Below are positions 1-8,166 of a DNA stretch of 64,000 bases, in pieces. The translations under genes and the position numbers were made by a program. The notes below the pieces were generated by a model. The model worked only from the letters and a program-made list of their open reading frames with translations. It searched no databases and was not told the DNA's origin. The stretch lies in the sequence record MW825358.1. The stretch is one strand, 5' to 3'. Numbering within the stretch: position 1 is the stretch's first letter; each line of letters begins with the position of its first letter.

Positions 1-450
1 TTCATGAGCAGCACGCTCACCTCCAAGCGTGGCTGGTTGCGCAAACACGTGTTCGGCTCCCCGTTGTACTTTACCTTCCGGGCAGTGATTTCCTCGCTGT
101 CTGATGAGCACGAGTATGATGAGTTGCACCTGCCGTGGGGTGTGGCAGTGTCCACCTATGCACTGCACCTGACCTCGAAGATGTATCGGATGATTAATGA
201 AGAAACCGGTCGTCCGTTCACACCCAATGAGGTGCTCAAGCATCTGCGTGAGCATACCTTGCGGTATAGCCCCTTGTTGGACCGGCTCTTTGATGAGCTG
301 ATTGCCGAATGTCCATACAAGGGATTGCCAGTGCTGTTCAACCGTAATCCTTCACTGGACCGCGGTTCGATTCAGCAGTTCTTCGTGACCAAGATCATCA
401 AAGACCCGGAGATCAACGCCATCTCTATGTCTGTGTTGACGCTTAAGGCT
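1..450 (+). CDS. Non-virion RNA polymerase beta' N-terminal subunit (phiKZ gp55-like), exon 1; 5' end lies outside the window
   Basis: NRNPSLDRGS motif resembles beta' NRxPxLH. The frame reads ...SVLTLKA up to 450 and joins PNADFDGD at 862 after intron removal. Confidence 0.9.
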
Positions 451-861
451 CTTTAACGGGTCCTTCCGACAGTAATGTCGGTCGATCATCTCTCTAATTG
501 CTGGGACCTCTGACGCCAACTATCTTCGGATAGGCGGACACACTACTAAAGCGGAGTGGGTAACCACAAACGTCCAGTTTAAATAACGTGTGTCTTTTTG
601 CAGACAATCAGCAGCCAAGCTTCCTAACGGCATTACAAGTAACGTCGCGGTCACATGAAACCGCAGCCTAACAATACGGGTGACGTGAAGTAATTGATGC
701 GTGGAAGAAGGTTCATCGACTAGCCGAAAGGCGTAGGGTGCAAGCGCATCCGAAATGGGAGACTTCCGCGACGGCGGAAGAAGATATAGTCAGTACCTAG
801 ATGTGAATCTAGGCGGGAGTCAGCGCTCCGGGTCCGTGTAGCGAACGGATTGGACAAATAG
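451..861 (+). mobile_element. Group I self-splicing intron without an internal ORF
   Basis: Exon ends in U and intron ends in G. Core elements: P AATTGCTGGGA (496-506), Q AATCAGCAGC (606-615), R GTTCATCGACTAG (711-723), S AAGATATAGTC (781-791), with GACTA/TAGTC P7 pairing. Splicing restores KAPNADFDGD. Confidence 0.93.
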
Positions 862-1056
862 CCAAATGCCGATTTCGACGGCGATGCGCTCAACGGCATG
901 CCTTTGTTGGACAACCGTCACGCTTACGCCTTCAGTGCACTCGCCCCGCACCAAGGTGTGTTGGATCTGGACCGTCCGCGGGCCATGTCCAAGAACCAGA
1001 TCATGCCGCCTCCGGTGGCTTCCACGATCGCCAACTGGCTTCACCACGGCAAGTAA
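862..1056 (+). CDS. nvRNAP beta' N subunit, exon 2, carrying the catalytic NADFDGD motif (absent from the ORF track)
   Basis: Translates PNADFDGDALNGMPLLDNRHAY...NWLHHGK*, 64 aa. Confidence 0.92.
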   Translation, partial: PNADFDGDALNGMPLLDNRHAYAFSALAPHQGVLDLDRPRAMSKNQIMPPPVASTIANWLHHGK

Positions 1057-1120
1057 GAAAGCAGGGACGTTAAAGTCCCTGCTGTTGTACCCTACCTACC
1101 TATAAATCGAGGTTGATCAA

Positions 1121-1447
1121 ATGTCTGAGAAGAACTTCACCCGTGCCCTGGCCCTGTCGCTGAATAACCTTCTGCCGATGGCCAAGACCACACTGGAGGT
1201 GATGGATAACCAGATCGAACACGCCGATGCCCATGCCAGCCGGCTGGAGCACGAAGTGGGTGATAAGGCTGCCGCTGAGGACGTCCGCCAGTCCCAGGCG
1301 ACCGATGTCATCTCCCATCGCGCCGCAGTGCGCCGTATCCACCGGGCCGAAACCCTGCTGGCTCAGTTCAACGAAACGGAGCAGCATGTCAAGGATCTGG
1401 AGGAAGATCACTTCGACGGCGAGTTCGAGATCAAGTTCCCCGAGTAA
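1121..1447 (+). CDS. Hypothetical protein, paralog A of the acidic C-terminal motif family
   Basis: 108-aa ORF with RBS-like GAGG and phage codon bias; ends DHFDGEFEIKFPE. Confidence 0.8.
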   Translation: MSEKNFTRALALSLNNLLPMAKTTLEVMDNQIEHADAHASRLEHEVGDKAAAEDVRQSQATDVISHRAAVRRIHRAETLLAQFNETEQHVKDLEEDHFDGEFEIKFPE

Positions 1448-1449
1448 CC

Positions 1450-1489
1450 GGCATAATGCGGAGGACCTTCGGGTCCTCCGTACTGTGCC
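1450..1489 (+). terminator. Hairpin with UUCG loop
   Basis: GCGGAGGACC-TTCG-GGTCCTCCGT directly after a stop codon. Confidence 0.7.
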
Positions 1490-1507
1490 CCAACTAGATT
1501 TTTCTTC

Positions 1508-2014
1508 ATGACAATCTATCCGAAGATCCCGGGTCTGAACGTGCTGGTTGGGGGCGTGCGCCTGTCTCTCAAACCAATACTTTCCAGCAACCCTGATCCT
1601 GAGCTACGTGTACAGGTGCGCGCCGGGTTGACCGGCGATGTCGTCACGCATGGCTACTACATCGGTCTGCATGATGAAATCGGACGCCACAAACTCGAGT
1701 TGACCGAGCGCGATCTCAACCACATTACTCGGATGTATTTTCAACGCATCCGCACGCGCTTGGAATTGGAAGCCATTTTGCGCGGTAGCAATCTGTGGTG
1801 GACAACCATCTACCTGAAGTTGTGCCCGAATGTGGAGAATTTTGTCATACGCAATGTGACTTCTGAATGGGAAAAGATGGCGGCAGGCCACATCCCTGAT
1901 GATGAACTCTATATCGAGATCATCCGCGGTGAAGATGGGTTTTTAGCGTATCGACAGGATCATTACGTAACCGCTTTGTCGGACGTCGTAGATGGCGATA
2001 AAGTGAACAACTAG
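1508..2014 (+). CDS. Hypothetical protein
   Basis: 168-aa ORF that fills the intergenic space; no recognised motif. Confidence 0.7.
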   Translation: MTIYPKIPGLNVLVGGVRLSLKPILSSNPDPELRVQVRAGLTGDVVTHGYYIGLHDEIGRHKLELTERDLNHITRMYFQRIRTRLELEAILRGSNLWWTTIYLKLCPNVENFVIRNVTSEWEKMAAGHIPDDELYIEIIRGEDGFLAYRQDHYVTALSDVVDGDKVNN

Positions 2015-2023
2015 GAAGCGATT

Positions 2024-2149
2024 ATGGACATCAACAAATTACACCGCGCTCGAGTTTTGTTAGATAAGCTCGATAGCAGCCGCCTGTCCGTGCGGGGTAT
2101 GGGTGACGATAGCTACGATGGGGAGTTCAAGATTAAGTTCGAGGACTAA
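2024..2149 (+). CDS. 41-aa miniprotein, paralog B (absent from the ORF track)
   Basis: AGGAAG RBS; MDINKLHRARVLLDKLDSSRLSVRGMGDDSYDGEFKIKFED* aligns without gaps to the C-termini of 1121 and 2207. Confidence 0.8.
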   Translation: MDINKLHRARVLLDKLDSSRLSVRGMGDDSYDGEFKIKFED

Positions 2150-2206
2150 CTGGATCTGAAAACTATACCATCCCTTTGTCAACCGCCCACCACAAAGAGA
2201 AAAGTC

Positions 2207-2611
2207 ATGTCCCAACAAGACGATGGTGAGATTATGCCCAACGTATCGATCACCCATGTGGAGATCGTGGGTAATGCAGATGACCTGATCGCCAACCTGC
2301 CCGAACGGGTACGGGATCAGGTCCTGGAAGGAAAGCGCGCTGCGGATCTGACCCAGCTATTGGGTCTGGCACTGCGCGGCGTCACGCCCCTGGCCGATTT
2401 GTGGCGCAACCGCCTGGAAGGACTGCATGAGGAAAACGCTGATGGCGGAATCCAGGTGCAAATCGATCTGGCCAAGAAAGCCGTCTCGCGCGCCGACCAG
2501 GCCCTGACCAGGTTGGCCAACACATCGCTGGACATCACCAATTTGACCGATGATGCTTTCGATGATACCTTCCAAATCATCTTCACCGACGAGGTCGATG
2601 AAGAGTATTGA
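2207..2611 (+). CDS. Hypothetical protein, paralog C
   Basis: 134 aa; C-terminus DDAFDDTFQIIFTD matches the family motif. Confidence 0.8.
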   Translation: MSQQDDGEIMPNVSITHVEIVGNADDLIANLPERVRDQVLEGKRAADLTQLLGLALRGVTPLADLWRNRLEGLHEENADGGIQVQIDLAKKAVSRADQALTRLANTSLDITNLTDDAFDDTFQIIFTDEVDEEY

Positions 2612-2662
2612 TGTGGATTTTTACACTCACTTGCTACCGTATAGCACCCTAAAGGAAATGCA

Positions 2663-3283
2663 ATGCCAATCGTGATTGATGGCGATGCGCGTACATTCCG
2701 GGCGGCCGCATACGGTCGTCCGCATGAAGGCACCGTCCGATTCCTCCAGCGCCAGTTTGAAGATCCGTCCTTGGCTCTCCGTGTGGCCGACACCTCGTTC
2801 TTAGATCGAGCCCGGGCCATGTTCGATGACAACTATGGCGATGAAGCCATGGCACGCATCGAGGCCGTGCGGAACCGACTGCGCCGCAGTTGGAATCCCA
2901 ACACGATCTTCCGACTGGAGACAGTGGAAGAGTTCCAACAAGCCAATCCGCTCATGCAGCGTTGGGTCATGGCACAGCCCTTTGTCCGTCAACAGTTCAA
3001 GCGTGGCGCTGTCTCTGGCTACTTGGGCTCGTATGTGGACTTGGATGCCAAGTTCTCCGGCAAGGACCATTACGACTGGCGTCGCGCCATGTCGGGCATG
3101 GCCGTGTATGACGATGAGAATGGCTGGCTGGCCACCACCTACGGTGATGAGGAGCTGGAGGGCGATGAGCCCTTGTCCTTTGAGGACAAGCTCCATATCC
3201 AAGATACCTGGGAAATGGCTGAGTACTACCTGATGAGCGGTAAGCGCGACATCACCTCCCCTGCGGATGATCCCTGGGGTTAA
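2663..3283 (+). CDS. Conserved jumbo-phage protein; by synteny possibly phiKZ gp59 (Imp3)-like
   Basis: 206 aa, AAGGA RBS, position downstream of the beta'N gene. The gp59 identity rests on synteny only. Confidence 0.5.
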   Translation: MPIVIDGDARTFRAAAYGRPHEGTVRFLQRQFEDPSLALRVADTSFLDRARAMFDDNYGDEAMARIEAVRNRLRRSWNPNTIFRLETVEEFQQANPLMQRWVMAQPFVRQQFKRGAVSGYLGSYVDLDAKFSGKDHYDWRRAMSGMAVYDDENGWLATTYGDEELEGDEPLSFEDKLHIQDTWEMAEYYLMSGKRDITSPADDPWG

Positions 3284-3292
3284 TGGACAGCA

Positions 3293-3345
3293 CCCGGGAC
3301 CCTTCACAGGGGTCCCGGGCATGACCGCTGCTTCTTTTCTTTTTT
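3293..3345 (+). terminator. Intrinsic terminator
   Basis: CCCGGGACCC...GGGTCCCGGG stem followed by a T-rich tract. Confidence 0.75.
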
Positions 3346-3367
3346 GTCTTGACCTGAGATCACCGTC

Positions 3368-3784
3368 ATGTCGGAACCGGTTGTTCCTTCGCTATCTCTG
3401 GCCGGTTTCGTTACCGATATCCGAACCCAGATCGATAAGCTTTTTTCCTATTACTTGACCAGTGACTATTCCCAGACCACCATCTTTACCGGTCAGGTCT
3501 TGTCCCTGCAAAAGCACATCCAAGAATTCCAGCACGACAATTCCCAGCTGACCGAGCGGGTGCGTGCGGATCTGTCCTCTTATCTTGGCAGCATCTCTGA
3601 TGATGTCACAGTGCGGGTCAGTACCGATATCCCCAACCCAGATGATCCGAACCGTACGAACTTGACCATCGAGGCTTTGGTGGTCAAAGATGGGGTCACC
3701 TACAGCGTGGGTAAACTGATCGAGGTGCAAGACACCACGATTTCCAAGATCATTGAGTTCAACAATAAAGGTCTGGTTACATGA
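3368..3784 (+). CDS. Conserved jumbo-phage protein, possibly gp25-like baseplate wedge fold
   Basis: 138 aa; size and helix-then-strand pattern. The fold call is tentative. Confidence 0.45.
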   Translation: MSEPVVPSLSLAGFVTDIRTQIDKLFSYYLTSDYSQTTIFTGQVLSLQKHIQEFQHDNSQLTERVRADLSSYLGSISDDVTVRVSTDIPNPDDPNRTNLTIEALVVKDGVTYSVGKLIEVQDTTISKIIEFNNKGLVT

Positions 3785-4422
3785 GTCACAATCCCGAAGC
3801 TCCACCGCTGGAGAAGCTGTCGTCAGAAGCCATCGAACTGCCGGAAGGTCAAAAGCAGCTCAAGGCACTGCTCCAGCGCCTGATTGCAGACGTTGCCCGT
3901 GCCAACTCGCGCACCGACTTTGTCCTGCGTCAAAATCACTCCACGGCCGGCCAGCTGCACGAGCGTCTGGACTACCTCGAAGGTCTGCTGCGTTCGCTGT
4001 TTGAAGCCTCCGGCCTGCAGATGCCGCCCATGCGCATTCGCCCCATCGGGGCTCGCGCTGAGATTCTGCTGGAAGGTGATGAGCGCATTGCCAGCGTACA
4101 GACCAAGGTCATGAAGACGGCCAAGGCCCATCCGGTTTATGGTCACTATCAGTTCATGACCACCGCCGATCCTGAACATGGGATTGAAGAGCGTGTTTTC
4201 AGCGTGGACAAGCTGCCGGACAAGGTAATGACCGATGCTTTGATCGAGGCGGTGGAAAAGGCCTTGGCTGCCGAGCAGATCAGCACCGATGAGTTCTATC
4301 CCGTCATGATCAGCATGATCCACGATCGACCGATCAATGAAGACAGCGTGGCCATCACCCCTGTCACCAGCGAGGTTGCCTCCGATGCATCCGCACAAGC
4401 CGACACCCAGAGCCAATCCTGA
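3781..4422 (+). CDS. Hypothetical protein
   Basis: 213 aa; ATGA overlap with the upstream gene. Confidence 0.7.
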   Translation: MSHNPEAPPLEKLSSEAIELPEGQKQLKALLQRLIADVARANSRTDFVLRQNHSTAGQLHERLDYLEGLLRSLFEASGLQMPPMRIRPIGARAEILLEGDERIASVQTKVMKTAKAHPVYGHYQFMTTADPEHGIEERVFSVDKLPDKVMTDALIEAVEKALAAEQISTDEFYPVMISMIHDRPINEDSVAITPVTSEVASDASAQADTQSQS

Positions 4423-4990
4423 TCCACGAGACACGGCCCTGCAGCCGCCTAAGGAAAATCCGCCTGAGGTAACCCAGGCCTTTGAGCAGCTGGCCATTGA
4501 AATGCGTCAGCTGCCAAAACTCCCTGAGAGCGTCTTTGTCCAGCACCTGCTGCCGATCCTGGTGGCTGCAGGTGAGCAAAAGCGTGTGGACCTTACGCGC
4601 TGGCTGGACATTGCAGGTACGCCCCAGCGCGCCATCGAGGTGGTTGACGATAACACCGGTGAGCAGTTGTTCATCCTGCCGCCGTTGATGCGCTCTTTGC
4701 CCACCGTGTTCCAAGAAGAGCTGATCTACAGCAACATTGTGGGCGGATCTCTCCAGCGCACTGACGTTCACCCCATGGTGGGTCAGAACTTTCTGGCCGA
4801 TGCCTTGCGTAGGGTCCAGCTCGGGGTCAAGGGTCCGGATCTGGAATCACTGAAGAACTGGAATAGCATTCGGGCCCGGTATAATTTGCCACCCATTGGT
4901 GGTGAGGCTGCGGTCAAGCTCGGCGCTGCACCTGCATCTGCTGGAGGAGAGGGAAACCTGTCTTCCATGTTTGACGACCAAGACTACTAA
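4337..4990 (+). CDS. Hypothetical protein (true start probably downstream of 4337)
   Basis: Long ORF with phage codon bias and an acidic end SSMFDDQDY. Confidence 0.7.
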   Translation: MKTAWPSPLSPARLPPMHPHKPTPRANPDPRDTALQPPKENPPEVTQAFEQLAIEMRQLPKLPESVFVQHLLPILVAAGEQKRVDLTRWLDIAGTPQRAIEVVDDNTGEQLFILPPLMRSLPTVFQEELIYSNIVGGSLQRTDVHPMVGQNFLADALRRVQLGVKGPDLESLKNWNSIRARYNLPPIGGEAAVKLGAAPASAGGEGNLSSMFDDQDY

Positions 4991-5004
4991 GAAAAGAGTG
5001 GGGC

Positions 5005-6120
5005 ATGAAACCTGATTTGTATTTGGCCAGTGTGTCAGATGTACACCTTGGCCACAACAAAACGCCAACGTTGCACATCGCCAAGAACTTGATGAAGGCG
5101 TTTCCCGATGTGGAATCCACCGGGGAGTTGGACATGGTCATCTTTGGAGGTGACTTGTTTGACCAGCTGTTGACCATGAATCAGGCCGAAGTCACCCAAG
5201 CATTGGAGGCGATGGCATTGTTCATGTCCATGTGCCACCGACGCAAGATCCATGTGGTCTTTATGGAAGGCACTCCCAGTCACGACTGGGGTCAAAACCG
5301 TCTGCTGGAGATGTTTGATCGCCTGCAGGGCAATAGTCCGTACTTCCATTACGTCAAAGACCTTTCCATCATCTACTATGCAGACTTGGACATCCATGTG
5401 CTGTATGTGCCAGATGAGTGGCGTCCGGAAACGGATGACACCTGGAAAGAGGTGCGCGAGCTGATGCGCGAGCAGAATCTGGAGCAGGTGGATTTTACCA
5501 TCGTCCATGGCTGCTTTGATTTCCAATTGCCCGATCATGTTAAAGCGCCGCGCCATTTGGCAGAGCGCTATCAGCAGATCACCCGGCACTTAGTGTTCGG
5601 TGCCCACGTCCATACCCCTTCAGTCCATGGCAATATCCGCGTAAATGGTTCGTTTGATCGATTGGCCCATAACGAGGAAGAAGCCAAAGGACATTGGCGC
5701 GCCCGGTATTTTCCAGACCGTGCCCCGGAGGTCCAGTTCATTGTCAATCGTGATGCGATGACATATCTGACGGTGGAATGTACGGGGATGGAATTGGAGG
5801 AGGCCTTTGCGGTCTTGGATCGCGTGACCTCGGGGTGCCGGGAGGGTTCGCATTTTCGGATTAAGGCCAACAAGGCCGATCCGATCATTGTGGGCCTAGA
5901 TACGGTGCGCAAGCGCTATCCGCAATACCACTGGACCTCCAAAGTAGTAGAACAAGAGGAAGTCCAAAAGACCTTGCTAGTGGACATGCGCTCCCAGTTT
6001 GTCCAGGTTCAGATCACGCCCGAAAACATCGAAGAACTGCTCACGCAGAAAATGGGTGGGATGACCGCCAACCCGGCGATACTTGCACGGGCCGTCCAAC
6101 GCATGAAGGAGCTGGTGTAA
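5005..6120 (+). CDS. sbcD: SbcD/Mre11-like metallophosphoesterase nuclease
   Basis: SDVHLGH, GGDLFD, EGTPSHD, VHG and AHVH calcineurin-like motifs. Confidence 0.85.
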   Translation: MKPDLYLASVSDVHLGHNKTPTLHIAKNLMKAFPDVESTGELDMVIFGGDLFDQLLTMNQAEVTQALEAMALFMSMCHRRKIHVVFMEGTPSHDWGQNRLLEMFDRLQGNSPYFHYVKDLSIIYYADLDIHVLYVPDEWRPETDDTWKEVRELMREQNLEQVDFTIVHGCFDFQLPDHVKAPRHLAERYQQITRHLVFGAHVHTPSVHGNIRVNGSFDRLAHNEEEAKGHWRARYFPDRAPEVQFIVNRDAMTYLTVECTGMELEEAFAVLDRVTSGCREGSHFRIKANKADPIIVGLDTVRKRYPQYHWTSKVVEQEEVQKTLLVDMRSQFVQVQITPENIEELLTQKMGGMTANPAILARAVQRMKELV

Positions 6121-6121
6121 G

Positions 6122-6964
6122 ATGAATACAGTCCAGATTGCGGTGGAGAACCGTGATGTGGGACAGGTCCCGGTTTCGATCGGGACGTCCCTGGCTTTAG
6201 AAGGGGCCTTTGGGATCTACCCCGACCGGCCCGAGATGCCTCCGCCCCTTCAGCGGGTGCGGCAGGTGTGGGTGAACTTACGGACCATCGTACGTAACTT
6301 GTATGCGTGTCTGCCCACTGAGGTGCGCGATATGGTCCTGCCAGATGATCTTTGGCAGGCCGCCTTAGGGGAGCTGACCATTATCCGCAATGCGGTCACC
6401 CAGACCAGTCGTGGACAAGTCCAAGTGGTGTACTATGTCAGTGACTATGCCCGAATGCACCAACGCTTCCCCGGAGCGATCTTGCGTGAGCCTAAAACGC
6501 CCAAGCAGATCTTCCAACACAAGATCGAAGACACCACCTTGCGCATGATGCTTGAACGCAACCATGACCAACACGTGGAGTTGTACGATTTTGATATCAC
6601 AGGTCAGCACCAAGCCAGTTTTATCATCACCCATCTTCCGGTGGATCTGCTGGCCCGCTACCGCTTTGAGCGACTGGAGCTTTTAGAGTCCCATACCGGG
6701 ATTGTAAAAGGACCGGCCGCTTGGAATACCAAACTGACCAACGGACGGGAACTGAGCAATATCCCGTTTAATAAGTTCACCTTGCAACTCTTTGGCGATA
6801 ACGGAAATATGTTTGCACCGCAGGCACCGACGCTTCGCAAAACCGTGTTGGCCCTTGCCCACCGGTGGTCGTGGACGAACGTGTCTTCTCTTGATCTGGT
6901 TCGCAGTACGATCCAGAAGGTGGAGATTGACGAGCACCGCAAGGCGCTGCTGTCGCTGCTGTAA
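6122..6964 (+). CDS. Conserved jumbo-phage core protein (phiKZ gp66-like by synteny)
   Basis: 280 aa between sbcD and chmC. Confidence 0.55.
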   Translation: MNTVQIAVENRDVGQVPVSIGTSLALEGAFGIYPDRPEMPPPLQRVRQVWVNLRTIVRNLYACLPTEVRDMVLPDDLWQAALGELTIIRNAVTQTSRGQVQVVYYVSDYARMHQRFPGAILREPKTPKQIFQHKIEDTTLRMMLERNHDQHVELYDFDITGQHQASFIITHLPVDLLARYRFERLELLESHTGIVKGPAAWNTKLTNGRELSNIPFNKFTLQLFGDNGNMFAPQAPTLRKTVLALAHRWSWTNVSSLDLVRSTIQKVEIDEHRKALLSLL

Positions 6965-7017
6965 AAACTTCTACACATTTCCTATCCCATGAGGCATCTC
7001 CAACTGGAACACCCAAC

Positions 7018-7824
7018 ATGTCTGACGGCAATTTCAATCGTAACCCCAACGCAAAACCGCCCAATGTTCTCAACGAGTTCGCGCTGCGTCTGAACGGCGA
7101 ACCGATCAACGGCGGCAAGCGTCCGCCGTCGCTGATGGTCAATGTCAAGCGCGATGGTAAGTCTGGCCCGTGGGGCGTGCTCTTTGAGACGCGCACCAAC
7201 GTGGAAGGCGATAAGGACTACGGCAAGATCAGTTTCAACCTGGCCCTGCCGGAAATGTTCTTGGTCCTGTCCCTGATCGAGAAGTGGGTCAAGGCGACCG
7301 AAAAGGGCTTTGACAAGGTCGAACTCCACAACCGTCGCTTCATCCGCAACCAGAATGCGATGTCCAAGGAACCGATGTTTGATGGTTCCATCACCGTGGG
7401 TCGGACCGAGTCGGGCCAGATCTACATTGGCATCAAGGCCTGGGACAACGAGCGTCCGGTGTGCAAGTTCGTGCTCAAGCCGGTGGTGGACTTCCGCCGT
7501 GCGGTCAAGCTGTTCAAGTCCGATGGTACCGAGTGGGACGCTGGCGCCCTGAGTCAGGTCTTTGCTTCGGCCTGGGCCACGGCAATGACCAAGATCGTCA
7601 CCCAGGTCTACACCGATGAGTTCACTCCGGCTCCGCCGCGTGAGAACCAAGGTGGTGGTGGCGGTGGCGGTGGTAACCGCTACGGTGGCGGTGGTAACAA
7701 TGGCGGCAACCGCGGTGGCGGTGGCGGCTGGAACGGAAACAACTCCGGCGGCGGTAATTCCGGCGGTGGAAGTGGTAATAGCGGCGGCGCTTCCGATTGG
7801 GGCGACGACGACATCCCGATGTAA
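7018..7824 (+). CDS. chmC: ChmC-like phage-nucleus RNA-binding protein (phiKZ gp67 / phiPA3 gp61-like)
   Basis: Sits directly upstream of the sigma-like subunit and picA; folded N-domain plus G/N/S-rich tail ending DWGDDDIPM. Confidence 0.7.
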   Translation: MSDGNFNRNPNAKPPNVLNEFALRLNGEPINGGKRPPSLMVNVKRDGKSGPWGVLFETRTNVEGDKDYGKISFNLALPEMFLVLSLIEKWVKATEKGFDKVELHNRRFIRNQNAMSKEPMFDGSITVGRTESGQIYIGIKAWDNERPVCKFVLKPVVDFRRAVKLFKSDGTEWDAGALSQVFASAWATAMTKIVTQVYTDEFTPAPPRENQGGGGGGGGNRYGGGGNNGGNRGGGGGWNGNNSGGGNSGGGSGNSGGASDWGDDDIPM

Positions 7825-7844
7825 TCAAACATCGGACATAAGTG

Positions 7845-7873
7845 ATCGAGGGCCTTCGGGCCCTCGGTTTCTT
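7845..7873 (+). terminator. Terminator hairpin with UUCG loop
   Basis: CGAGGGCC-TTCG-GGCCCTCG then GTTTCTT. Confidence 0.75.
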
Positions 7874-8166
7874 CCCCTCAACAATTGGGCCGACGAAAAG
7901 CCTAATTCTATTTACCTGGAGCTGCGCACGTGACTCAGCTTAACTTCGCTGCTTTGTAACCCTGTAAAACCCCATATTCGAATCGATCACTCTCGCTGCG
8001 ACCACTTAGGCGCATCGGGGGTGGGAGAGATCGGCGCCTGAAGCCGGTCATAGTGGGCGATCTGCCGTAGGTACTTAAATCGACGCTTCACCCTAAGTAC
8101 ACTCAAACTAAATATAAACCTACACTATCGCTTAGTAGTCCAGCAAGCAAGGAAAACCTCACCGCC

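Noticed and set aside
7018-7824. Canonical SSB call from the Gly-rich linker and DDDIPM end
   Set aside because: No OB-fold SSB motifs; synteny fits ChmC better. The SSB-like acidic tip may still be a real interaction motif.
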